From NCBI GenBank assembly GCA_965645245.1, contig OZ287087.1:558001-622000 (forward strand): DNA of 64,000 nt, written 5' to 3'. The notes below the pieces were generated by a model, which was not told the DNA's origin, searched no databases, and was given only the letters and a program-made list of their open reading frames with translations. The DNA comes from Massalongia carnosa (Eukaryota). The position numbers and the translations under genes were made by a program. Position 1 is the first letter of the stretch. The number at the start of each line of letters is the position of its first letter. Of the stretch, positions 1-10,124 are shown piece after piece.

Positions 1-159
1 TCCTTGCCCCGACCGTTCTCATGTGGCCGAGGAAGGGTTTCGCATTATTCATGCGTTCATATGGAGTGACCTCGTCAACCCCGGGACTTCTATTCTTGAT
101 GTACCCGGCCGTCTTCAGGACCTCCCCCCAAAGGGACTTTGGGAGCTTTTTAGCCTTCA

Positions 160-2066
160 TCATGGACCGAGTGGGGACCATGAGGGTATAATTTGCCTTT
201 CGGCCTTCCCATTCTGTTCTGGCACATTTGGTGCCCGGGCCTCCCACTGGATACCTTCACTCTTTAGGAATTCCTGGAAGTCACCACTAGTGTACTCCTC
301 TCCTCCATCAGCTCGGAGTCTCTTTATTTTCTTTCCCGATTGATTTTCTATCCATGTCTTGAACTGCTTAAAACATTCGAAGGTTTGACCCTTTGTTTTC
401 AGCAGGTAGATCCACACTACCCCGGAGAAGTCGTCTTTCATCGTAGCATAAAAACGTTCACCGAACCTTGTCAGTGGAAATGGTCCCCCTAAGTCGCTAT
501 GCACTATTCCGAGAAATTCTGTTGCTCGGGTTCGTGGAGTGCGATTTATTTTCCGCTGTTTTCTTCCCATCATGCATGAGCCGCATACTTCTTCCGGTAT
601 GCGTCCTTCGATGGTGACTCCATTGGCTAAATGATTTAATTTTAGGAGGTTTGGGTAGCTGAGATGGCAGACTCGTTCGTGCCATGTTTGGATAGGGGCC
701 TTTGTACCGTTTGTGGTGGTGAGGGCCCGTGCTTTGGTAGGGCTAATAGTGGTTGTCTGCAAAACATACTGATGATTTATTGTTTTGGCCAGTCCAACCA
801 CCTTTCCTTTATGCACCAGTTGAGCGGGCTTGTCATCCGCCATCAGGTACGTTGATATGCCATTTTTGCCGAGTTTTATTGTGCTGATGAGGTTGAATTT
901 TAGGTCGGGGGCGAAAAGGATGTTGGTCAAAATGAGGTCCGTTACACCTCCATTTCCATTGTCCAGTGATACGAGTAGAGAGCCTTTCCCCTCTGTCGAA
1001 AACACCTCTCCAGAACCTGTTTCTAAACAGCTATTTTCGCTCCGAAAGGTCCCTTCTTGAAAGAGATCTTTATTGCATATAATGTGCGCGGTGGCACCGG
1101 AGTCGATCAATAGATCGTGGGCATTCTTGGGGCCTCGGTACAGATTTGCCATACAAATAAGCGGTGTTTCCTGGGTTCTTTTCTCGGAACATTCCCTTAT
1201 TGTACAAACTATTTGGGGTTTCGAGGTTTCATTACCTCCTTTGTCTTCGCAAACGCGTTCCAGGTGGCCGGTCTTACCACATTTCCTACATGTGGCGTTG
1301 CTATGCCTGCATTTCCCGGAGTGATTATAACCACAATATTTACATTTGCTCCTACCCTCTTTAGTGGGGTTCTTATTCTTCTTTGCCTTCAGCATGTTAG
1401 CTTATGGCAACAGGGTCCTGGCGCATGCGAGCTTCTTGGTCCTCCAGGTTTTCAGTAGTCCATCCAGCACAGGGAATTTATCCTCCCGCCGAGCCTGTTC
1501 GTTCAGGATGGTCAGGTAGGTGCTGAATGAACTACCGAGTCCGATGAGAAGCTTGAGCTCCACTATTTGCTCGACAGAGAGGGAAATTTCGGTGATCTCA
1601 GCCTTGATATCTCTGACCAGGCTACCGTACTCCTCAATGGTCTTGCACTTTTCATAACTAATCTCCTCTAGCCGGTTGAAGGTGCTCCATTTAGCACTCC
1701 AGTTCTTCAATGTATAACGGGTCTTCAAATGCTCCCAGAGGTTCTTGGGATTCCAGATCTCACCGTTGGCTAGGTCCCTCATCGACAACAATTCTTGCTG
1801 CACGCCGTCCGTGCACATCTTGCCTATCTTTCCTACTACTCTTCTTTGCTTTTCCTCGAACTCCAGTCGTTCGGGGTCCCGTTGATCCCGCTTATCGAGC
1901 TGATCCGGTGTCTCTTCCAGAGACTTCGTCATCATCAGAACTCTTTGATGGAAAGGGAATCTCTCGAGGTATTTTCCGGGCCTGCAGGGCGAAGGCCATG
2001 TCTCTGGACCATTTCTAATAGTTCCCGCTCCCCGTCAGTTTGGGGAACGTGTTCCCCTTTAGCCAT
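160..2066 (-). pseudogene. Copia gag-protease-integrase, broken by frameshifts and stops
   Basis: ORF pieces 1935-2210/2015-2278, 1402-1935 and 160-1395 are collinear parts of one polyprotein, with frame breaks near 2045, 1450 and 190 and a stop at 2015. Confidence 0.8.
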
Positions 2067-2375
2067 GATGCTACAAGGAAGACGAAATGAGGAATAGGGC
2101 AGTGACCCTGTGGAATGGACTGATGCTTTGACTTTGGCGCGGACGGAGGTAGGGAATATATATAGTATAGAATGGAGTAGATGGAGGGATGGAGGTAAGT
2201 TGGTTGACAATCAATGTGGAGGCTTTTCAGACGTAGCAGAAGTAAGCCGGGCTCATAACCTATGAAATATAAATTCACTTTTTAGGTATAGTAGCATGAT
2301 TGTCATTCAAGGTAATTATCTATGTGGGCTATTTGTCTGCTTTATATACCAGTTACAAAACAGTCACATCTAGGA

Positions 2376-2521
2376 GGTCAGACCTTGTCCCCCTGACGGT
2401 CAGACCTTGTCCTCCAGGCGGTCAGACCTTGTCCTCCTGACGGTCAGACCTTGTCCCCCTGACGGTCAGACCTTGTCCCCCTGACGGTCAGACCTTGTCC
2501 CCCTGACGGTCAGACCTTGTC
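2376..2521. repeat. 22-bp tandem repeat (GGTCAGACCTTGTCCCCCTGAC), ~6.5 copies
   Basis: Directly visible head-to-tail repeat with no spacers. Confidence 0.9.
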
Positions 2522-2650
2522 TCCCATCTCTGCTTGTTTAGGCACTTTGCAAGGCACCTCCCGAGGCTCATGATGGATGCCCATGATGATGGTGGCCTCA
2601 TCATCTAACATCCAACAGCCCCACGGTGAGGCCTTTGGCGTCTCCGTGGT

Positions 2651-2812
2651 GAGGACCGATGGTCCAATGGTGTAGAAGGAGGAGGACCGATGGTGTAGAA
2701 GGAGGAGGACCGATGGTGTAGAAGGAGGAGGACCGATAGTGTAGAAGGAGGAGGATCGATGGTGTAGAAGGAGGAGGACCGATGGTGTAGAAGGAGGAGG
2801 ACCGATGGTGTA
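2651..2812. repeat. 23-bp tandem repeat (TGGTGTAGAAGGAGGAGGACCGA), ~6-7 copies
   Basis: Directly visible head-to-tail repeat with no spacers. Confidence 0.9.
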
Positions 2813-2993
2813 GGATAGCAATGATTTATGATGTGATAACAATATAATAATGTAATAGTAAATGTGAGAGTAATTTAAATGATCGATGAGGAAGGATGTT
2901 GCAATTGCAACAAATAATTAGCTGCACCGCGAATCAATGGCAATCTTATTGATAATTCAATATCATCAAAAAATTCAATATACTCCTTCAGGG

Positions 2994-3429
2994 TTACACT
3001 CCGTCTATAACATAATTAAATAAAGCAATAAGATTCTCACATATTTTAGACATTACGTACGATATCGGCATTGAGCCGAAGCATCTCCCCAAACGCAATT
3101 GGCACACGCGCCTTCTCTCAAGACATCTAAACCATAGCATCCAATGAAGGGCCCCGATCCTCGTACGCAACGCTTGCACGGAAGATGACGAAGAGCCCCT
3201 CGAGATGCTATGATTAGAGCTTAAATATAAGAAGACCGGGCTCGTTCAATCTGATGTGCCTTGATCCCTTCCGCATGCCTTAATTGCACATTGCGACCCG
3301 TGGGACGTCGCAATAAGAAAACACGCAATTCTTCGTGCAGGTCATACGGAAGTAACTAAATCAAATTAGAAACATGAATAACAATATGAGACAAGAACTT
3401 ACCTCAGGAGCTGCAGTCCGCACCATCAT
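2994..3429 (-). pseudogene. DUF3716-like Cys-cluster protein, copy A (in-frame TAA; 3' exon cut by Copia)
   Basis: Manual translation gives SSYI*ALIIASRG..PCKRCVRGSGPFIGC..GACANCVWGDASAQC; stop at 3221-3223. Confidence 0.65.
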
Positions 3430-4108
3430 AGAATGAGTGAGAAGGTCAGCGGCAGAAGCCAAAGACGGCACTGAACATAATATATCAGTTCGTACGAGTC
3501 ACTTACTGTTAGATAGATAAATGATATCACATACCGGAAGACATAGTGATGAGGACAATGATGAAAGAAAGAAAGAAGAAAAAATAAGTGAGCTTGAAGA
3601 CTGCACATGATGATATTCACTGTCACAACACGAGCTTGCGTTATTCACCCGTACGTTTCATTATTAGAATTTCATATTATATTACACTCTCGATGTCTAT
3701 TTTGATCTAATTGACTTGCTTGGTTTCACTCTTAAGTAGTACTTGTGCTTGTGCTTTTGCTGTAACTTTAAAAAAAATCTTCATACTCACTTTAATAAAG
3801 AAAAATGTCAGTTTCTCGAGTCGTTCCGTCATCATTAAAAACATGATTCCCAAATATTCATTATATTATTACAAGATTGCGCCAATGTCATTTGAAACCT
3901 ACCGCTCGTACGGGTCATTGTTGAATGATGTATGTAGGGCTCGATGTCGTCAAACTTCAAATGCTTTCGCTTAAATTTTGAAGTTAGGGTTACTCTATCG
4001 TTTTCAATGAAGGTGATGGCTGACTCAAGCCGTACGAAACATAAAACATGTGTACTTAAGAAAAGCCACAACTAACAACTCCTTCATCAGCCTAATACGA
4101 ACAGAGAT

Positions 4109-5152
4109 TCAATGGCTCTGTTCTTCAGATTTTAAGTCCATCCTGGACCGCGTACGACGAGGTGATATCGTTGTCAAGATGGAAGTTGGCGGAGAGCGGG
4201 CAGAAATGGTTCTTTTGCGTAGATTTTCCACTGAAGGAAAAGAAGAATCGGTCAATTCTTCCTGTAAATTGTTAACAAGAGGATGCAACAACACGTACGA
4301 GTCATACCTTGAACATGCGCATCAGAAATCTTTTCCTGTTCGAAGATTTTGTTCTTCTTGACACATTCGTCCGAGTCTTTTCTTTCCAACTTGATTTTAG
4401 ATTTCGAATTAAATCAAACTCTGATCTTGGGTTTTACAGGAGTCTCCACAGTGTCTTTGTCCGAGGTGTCTTGCGAGTCGTACTAGGTATCCGGTCTCAC
4501 CGCAATCACCCACATGTTCTGTTCATTGATTGCAGACTTTTTAAAGTGCTGCAGATATTCAGTTACATCTCTAGCACTGAGACCCAAATCTGTGGCTCCA
4601 TGTTTGTCTGACCAGTCACATGTCAAATACACTGCTATGGCAGTGTATTTCAGGTCATCGTAAGATGTCATTTCTAGTAGGATTGATTTGTTTAGGAAAA
4701 TGGAAGGATTGAACTCCGTGTGCTCGTTGAGAATTATGTTTGTCATGGCTAATATATTAATATAACAACTCCTCACGGAAGAAACGACAGTATAAACACT
4801 TACAAACTTTGATCCATTTAACAGTCTTGCTGTTATCAGACAAATCATATTCTCGAATCACCAAATGTGCAATTAGCTTATGCACTATGCCAGAAGATAC
4901 TTGAGATTGAGATCCTGTCTTCCGTACGCTCATGGCTGGCAATCCAGCATGAGGTTTCAGAGAAACTTTGGACTTTGGAATGGTTCCCAGTCGTTGAAGA
5001 TTCACATCCTTCCCATCTCCATACGTGGCAAATCGTTTTGCATGCTGAACTCTACCCCGATCTTGAGCCGTTTGTACATTCTGAGCTCTCAGTAGGTTCG
5101 TACGAGATTCAAGAATCTCGGGCGAATCGTCTAAGACAATATAATTTGCCAT
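4109..5152 (-). CDS. Transposon accessory gene of unknown function, copy A (probably 3 exons)
   Basis: ORF pieces 4757-5152, 4483-4848 and 4109-4294 can be joined by GT-AG introns and are conserved in copy B. Copy A has a stop near 4483, so it may be inactive. Confidence 0.45.
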
Positions 5153-5264
5153 AGACTTTCCAGGAGTGATTTCCGCTTTCGTAGCAGCAGAACGTGTCGG
5201 ATTGAAAAAAAAAGCAATGAGGACAATGAGGCAAGCTCCAAAAATCGTTATGCGCCACGGGCGC

Positions 5265-5614
5265 TGTGGAAGGATGAACTGGGTGGTGTGCGTGGTCCAC
5301 TACTGCTAGGAGTGCAAGAGAACAAACAAACAAGAGAAGAACAGAACAATAGAATAAGGACAATAGCTAGATTGGTCTCTGTATGCCTCGTGCCTCGTGC
5401 CTCGTGCCTGTGAACTGTATGTGTTGATGCTATGTGTTGTAGCTATTGCTACGAGCATGCTTGCTCTAAAAGGAAAAGAACTATCTATAACTAAACTAAA
5501 AGAAAGACTGTCACCTGACTTCCCCTCTACCTTTACCGAGTATCAGCCGAAAAGAACTAACTCCCGAACCGCTAGCAATTTGAATTTAGAGTATCACCGC
5601 TCCACCCCCCTACA
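5265..5614 (-). repeat. Gypsy 3' LTR
   Basis: Direct repeat of 13673-14022. Confidence 0.97.
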
Positions 5615-5663
5615 TAGTTCCCCTCTCTCTTTAGGTGTCGACCCCTGACACCTATCACTGTTC

Positions 5664-6179
5664 CTACTCCAGTGTTCGCTTCATTCCGGCCTCAGCAAAC
5701 ACTAACTCCTCCTCATCCAGCTCGGGTCCCGGAGTCGTATCAATGTCATCAGAGATGTGAGGAATAGGCCTGCCATGTGACTCTCGCTTTAACCGAAAAG
5801 ATGACCTAGTCCCAAAGTCCTCTTCCTCTGCTTTCTTCACATGCTGAAACATAATAATGGCCTCCTTTAGTGTCCGATTCCTCCATTCTCCAACTGTCCG
5901 TGACAGTTGGGCCATATCCACCTCCTCAATAACATCTTCTCGTTGAGCTTTGAACTCTTCTTCTTTCATCACCGAGGCCCAGGCATCATTCTGTATGACA
6001 TAGTCATAATAGTCCACTATGCTATCCCCTAGCATATGCTGGAACTCTATTAGCTGCGATTCTATGGTCCTCTGTCCCTCGTATCGGTCTGCTGGGGTCA
6101 ATGTCTCAAGAAAAGCTAGTGCGTCTGTCATGCGGTGGAAGCGGTCATTTCCTAGGACAATGACTAATTGGAAAGACAT
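5664..6179 (-). CDS. Extra 171-aa ORF between pol and the 3' LTR, unknown function
   Basis: ATG-initiated, acidic, helical-looking ORF on the element's sense strand; no domain recognised. Confidence 0.45.
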   Translation of the reverse strand: MSFQLVIVLGNDRFHRMTDALAFLETLTPADRYEGQRTIESQLIEFQHMLGDSIVDYYDYVIQNDAWASVMKEEEFKAQREDVIEEVDMAQLSRTVGEWRNRTLKEAIIMFQHVKKAEEEDFGTRSSFRLKRESHGRPIPHISDDIDTTPGPELDEEELVFAEAGMKRTLE

Positions 6180-6536
6180 GCCAAAAGATGTAAGGCAAGT
6201 AAGGTAAGATAAATTGTTCCAAGTTATCGAGTAGCTTGCTGACTTTCGCTTAGATAAGAAGTTGAGCTTAGCAGAGATGTTTGCTGATAGGAAGATAGTA
6301 TATGTGCTGATCAGGTAGGTAGTAAAAGCTAGATAATTTGCTGAGTTCTGGTAGTATGGAAAAGGTAAAACATGGAGGTGAGGATTCGGAAGATGGCAAT
6401 TTCGACTAAGGTTGGTGAAGTTTTCGGTGAATTTTGGTAAGTGTGAAATGAAACTATTCCGAAGGTTCGTGTGCTTCCTCCGCTGACAATATGCATTTTA
6501 CTAAGGAAATTCGTTCGATATAGGTAGTCGGATATG

Positions 6537-9500
6537 TCAATTTTCCACCGTCTCCATCGCATCAGCACGTCTGCTAGGAATCACTACTGCCATTGGCCAG
6601 CCAGGTGGAATCATGGACTGTCGGTCGTCCTCGTCCCCCCCATGGTTTATAGTCGGCCCCTGACTATTATGTTGCTCAGGTTCTTCTATCGGAGGTAAGT
6701 TAATATTTTGCCGAGCATGAAATGGTTTCAGTCGATTTCCTGCAAAGGTTCCAGCTAATAGGGTGCCGTCTAGTTCACATAGTTTGTAAGTTCCCTTATC
6801 AACAATTGTTTGTTGAATTTTATATGGTCCCAACCACCTGAACGTTAGTTTGCCTGTGTGCTGATTGTCTAATTTAGTGTCGTGCAAAAGAATTAATTGA
6901 CCCTCGGTGAGTTCAATTGATCTCAGATTGTTCAGAGTGTCAAAGGTCTCTTTGCCTTCCATTCTTTGTCTTTGCAGGAATAAAGCTGTCTCTTCCATGT
7001 CTTCATCCCTTCGCTGTATTTGTCTCGCACGCATAGCTAGCAATTCGTCTGTTGTATGAACTTCATTCCATGGTAATATTCTCCATGTTGGAATTTCCAG
7101 TTCAATTGGTAGAACAGCCTCATTGCCGCTATTCAGATAGAAAGGTGTGTTGCCGGTGCTAGCACGAACTGTTGTACGGTCGGCCCATAGTACTGCAGGA
7201 AGATTATCAACCCATTTGCCCATGCCTCCATTTGTCATTTTGGATAATGCTTGAACAACTGGCCGATGTCCCCGTTCTATCATGCCATTGGCTTGCGGAT
7301 GATAGGCAGAAACAACTACTCTTTTGATACCATATCGATTTGCTAATTCGATAACAGCATCTTTGTTTTCTGGTCCACCATCAACAATCAGTTTTCCGAA
7401 GCACCCATGTCTGCATATAACATCTTCCCACAAGAATCTCGCGACATTCTGAGCGGTAGCTTTTCCTAGTGCTCTACCCTCGACCCATCCGGAAAAGTCA
7501 TCTCTGGCCATAACAATATAGTGCTTGCCTCGACAAGCTGGCATGTGGACCACGTCTAAGCCAACCTTCTGCCACATGAAGGTAACCCATGTCGGATGAA
7601 GTGCTTCCTCGAGCCTAGTGGGGTCACGTTTCTGACATTCCTCGCAGGACCGAACATAGCCTTTTACATCATCGTGCAATTGTTCCCACCAGTACCTGTC
7701 TGCTATGCGTCTGTATGTGCCCTCTCTGCCTCTATGTCCACTTTCGTCATGCAGCTGTTTCAATATTTCCAACTTCCGCTCATCGGAGTCTATCACTCTC
7801 CTGGAAGGTACGTTCTTGCTGTTTCGTCTATAAAGATGGCCATCTTGTACTCGATAGCGCAAGGCCTCGCTCTTAAACGCTCTAAACTCTTTGCGGTTTA
7901 GTCCAACCGGCTTTTGTAGTGATGTTAGAAATGCAGCGATTCTCTCGGACTTATCACTATATCCGGCCTTTAGCACTTTTTCGTCTGGCACCTCGTCTGC
8001 GGAGTTAACGGAAATTGGACAGGCCCTTAGTGAATTCAGTTCGGCATCTATGAAGTCGTCTATGTCTTGCTCCTGCTGTTCGGCCCGAATTTCTTCCTCA
8101 GTATGAGGTCGTCTAGACAGTCCATCTGCTGCCGTATGTTTTCGGCCAGCAACATGTTTGACCTCGAAGTCAAACAGTCGTATCCATGCTATCCATCGGA
8201 CTATCAGAGCACCAGGCAAATCGGTACAAGCTCCATTCAATTGCGCCACTAGGACGTTGGCGTCTGTCTCCAACACAAAGTGAACTCCATATAGCCAGTG
8301 CCTTGTCTTTTTCAATGCCTTTAGAACGCCTCGACACTCTCGCTTGGTTGCATCATATCGCTGTTCCACCTCGCTCCATACTCCGCTTTCGTACCGAATG
8401 GGGTGACGCTTGCCATCAAAGATTTGCATCAGTACAGCGCCCCATCCTTTCAAACTCGCATCCACAGCCAATATGATAAGTCCAGCGAGCTCGCTATAGT
8501 CAATGGTCTTTAGTGCTGGCGGAGATGTCAGAGCTATCTTCAGCAAGTCCATTGCCTCGGTTTGTTCCATGCCCCATACAAAAGCAGCATCTTTCTTCAG
8601 CAGACGATATATTGGTTCAGCAACAATGGCAAAGTCCAATATCCATATGCGATAGTACACACACACACCTATAAAAGCACGAGCGGAAGAAGCGTCGGTG
8701 CATATCGGCCACTCTAGAATTTTGATAACCTTAGCGGTGTCCGGATGTCTACCATCGGAGTCGGTCACAAATCCTACTATCTTCAGACCGGCCATGCAAA
8801 ATTGCGACTTTTCTCCGGAGATAGTGCATCCAGCCCTTTCTATGTCCGCGAGTACCCCATCTAGCCACATGAGATGTTCAAGCACGTACTTTCTGATGCC
8901 CGGTGCCACTTCTTCACCACCATAATCAGTCTTCGGCCCCTTCACTCCGATGTCATCAAGGAAAGGTTTAGCACGGTTCGGAATGTGGTCCTGCAGTATC
9001 TTTGTCACTACCCGTACGAACTGTGCAACCGAATTGGTAGCTCCCATTGGTATAGATGTCATTCGCAATAGTCCTATTGGTGTCATGAAGGCGGTCATGT
9101 CTCGACTATGAACATCGAGTTCCATTTGGTCATATCCTGAAAACAAGTCGATCAAGGAAGCGATGTGGCAGCCAGCAAAGTCCTCTGAGAATTCGTCTAC
9201 CGAAGGTGGCAGATTTGCGTCTCGGATGGTCACTTTGTTCATGTCTAGGGCCGCATTAATTAATCGGTACTTATTTTTCTCTTTCTTCTTCACTATGAAC
9301 CATGGATTTCGATAGGGACCATGACAAGGTTCCAACGTTCCTCGCTGCAGTCGGTCCTTCAGCATCTCTATCACCATCGGTACCAGGGCCCTTGGCAATG
9401 GGAATGATGGGGTCTGCCATGCCTCATGTGGAATAGTGTTGATTTTACATGGTGGAGACACCTCAGGTTTGACTCTGCCCATCTCGGAAAACTCCCATGA

Positions 9501-10124
9501 CAGCGCTGCTTCTCGGTTGTATAACATCTGGGTCAACACTTCTTTCTCAGCAGACGTCATACTGTCGCCCACTGTCATTCGCTGCAGCCGTTCCGGTGTC
9601 AATCGTGAGCCTTTGAATATTGTCGAGAACTTTGGAATTAGCCAATCAGGGAACTTTTCTGACTTTGGTAGGCCTCTCTCTTTCTCTAGCGCCTTCGCTT
9701 TCCAATCTGCTATTCCACCAGGTATGGTGCCATCCGACTGGTCAGAATTCACTGGTCGAACCTTGACTGCCTTCCGTTTGTATGCCGTATCAACTCTCAC
9801 ACTACTCCGTCGCCCGAACACCCTGTTCTGATTGATCGTGTACATGTCGAATTTCCGAGAAAACCTCAGAGCCGAAAGTCCGACCGAGCCAATTGCACGC
9901 GACGGTGTGAAGGCGCGAACATAGTGGTCCATCGCCGCCTCTTCCGCACTAGTCGCTGTAGGAGTTAGGGCTATTTGATTTAATAGGCCGGGCCTGTTAA
10001 ATGGAATGGAAGATTTATTCTCCGATAGTCCAACCCTAAAACTCGACACTTTCGCTCTCTCCAGGTTTTTATTACTGCTACCAGCCATGGACCTGTTCTG
10101 CACATGGTGGCTAGCTAGTTTAAA
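6537..10124 (-). CDS. pol: Gypsy pol (RT, RNase H, integrase), probably expressed by -1 frameshift
   Basis: RT FLDD, RNase H VDAS/ETDA/ADGLSR, integrase zinc finger LHDESGH..CEEC and core; uninterrupted 1188-codon ORF. Confidence 0.95.
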   Translation of the reverse strand, partial: FKLASHHVQNRSMAGSSNKNLERAKVSSFRVGLSENKSSIPFNRPGLLNQIALTPTATSAEEAAMDHYVRAFTPSRAIGSVGLSALRFSRKFDMYTINQNRVFGRRSSVRVDTAYKRKAVKVRPVNSDQSDGTIPGGIADWKAKALEKERGLPKSEKFPDWLIPKFSTIFKGSRLTPERLQRMTVGDSMTSAEKEVLTQMLYNREAALSWEFSEMGRVKPEVSPPCKINTIPHEAWQTPSFPLPRALVPMVIEMLKDRLQRGTLEPCHGPYRNPWFIVKKKEKNKYRLINAALDMNKVTIRDANLPPSVDEFSEDFAGCHIASLIDLFSGYDQMELDVHSRDMTAFMTPIGLLRMTSIPMGATNSVAQFVRVVTKILQDHIPNRAKPFLDDIGVKGPKTDYGGEEVAPGIRKYVLEHLMWLDGVLADIERAGCTISGEKSQFCMAGLKIVGFVTDSDGRHPDTAKVIKILEWPICTDASSARAFIGVCVYYRIWILDFAIVAEPIYRLLKKDAAFVWGMEQTEAMDLLKIALTSPPALKTIDYSELAGLIILAVDASLKGWGAVLMQIFDGKRHPIRYESGVWSEVEQRYDATKRECRGVLKALKKTRHWLYGVHFVLETDANVLVAQLNGACTDLPGALIVRWIAWIRLFDFEVKHVAGRKHTAADGLSRRPHTEEEIRAEQQEQDIDDFIDAELNSLRACPISVNSADEVPDEKVLKAGYSDKSERIAAFLTSLQKPVGLNRKEFRAFKSEALRYRVQDGHLYRRNSKNVPSRRVIDSDERKLEILKQLHDESGHRGREGTYRRIADRYWWEQLHDDVKGYVRSCEECQKRDPTRLEEALHPTWVTFMWQKVGLDVVHMPACRGKHYIVMARDDFSGWVEGRALGKATAQNVARFLWEDVICRHGCFGKLIVDGGPENKDAVIELANRYGIKRVVVSAYHPQANGMIERGHRPVVQALSKMTNGGMGKWVDNLPAVLWADRTTVRASTGNTPFYLNSGNEAVLPIELEIPTWRILPWNEVHTTDELLAMRARQIQRRDEDMEETALFLQRQRMEGKETFDTLNNLRSIELTEGQLILLHDTKLDNQHTGKLTFRWLGPYKIQQTIVDKGTYKLCELDGTLLAGTFAGNRLKPFHARQNINLPPIEEPEQHNSQGPTINHGGDEDDRQSMIPPGWPMAVVIPSRRADAMETVEN

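Larger units (their letters stand above)
1..2998 (-). mobile_element. Ty1/Copia LTR retrotransposon, 5' part (runs off the window edge), inserted into the last exon of the DUF3716-like gene of TIR element copy A
   Basis: Minus-strand gag (KLTGSGNY*KWSRDMAFAL), CCHC knuckle CRKCGKTGHLERVC, protease LIDSGATAHI, WHERVCH, integrase HSDLGGP/DDFS/RADGGEEY/EQNGKAER; fungal Copia PBS GGTTATGAGCCC at 2249-2260 (-). Homology to copy B (22444 onward) resumes at ~2995. Confidence 0.9.
2263..2998 (-). repeat. Putative Copia 5' LTR (TG...CA)
   Basis: Begins next to the PBS (TG at 2263) and ends at CA 2997-2998, where host homology resumes. The partner LTR is outside the window, so the outer boundary is inferred. 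Confidence 0.5.

Noticed and set aside
2376..2812. Short direct repeats resembling a CRISPR array
   Set aside because: Head-to-tail units without unique spacers, in eukaryotic LTR context with no cas genes.
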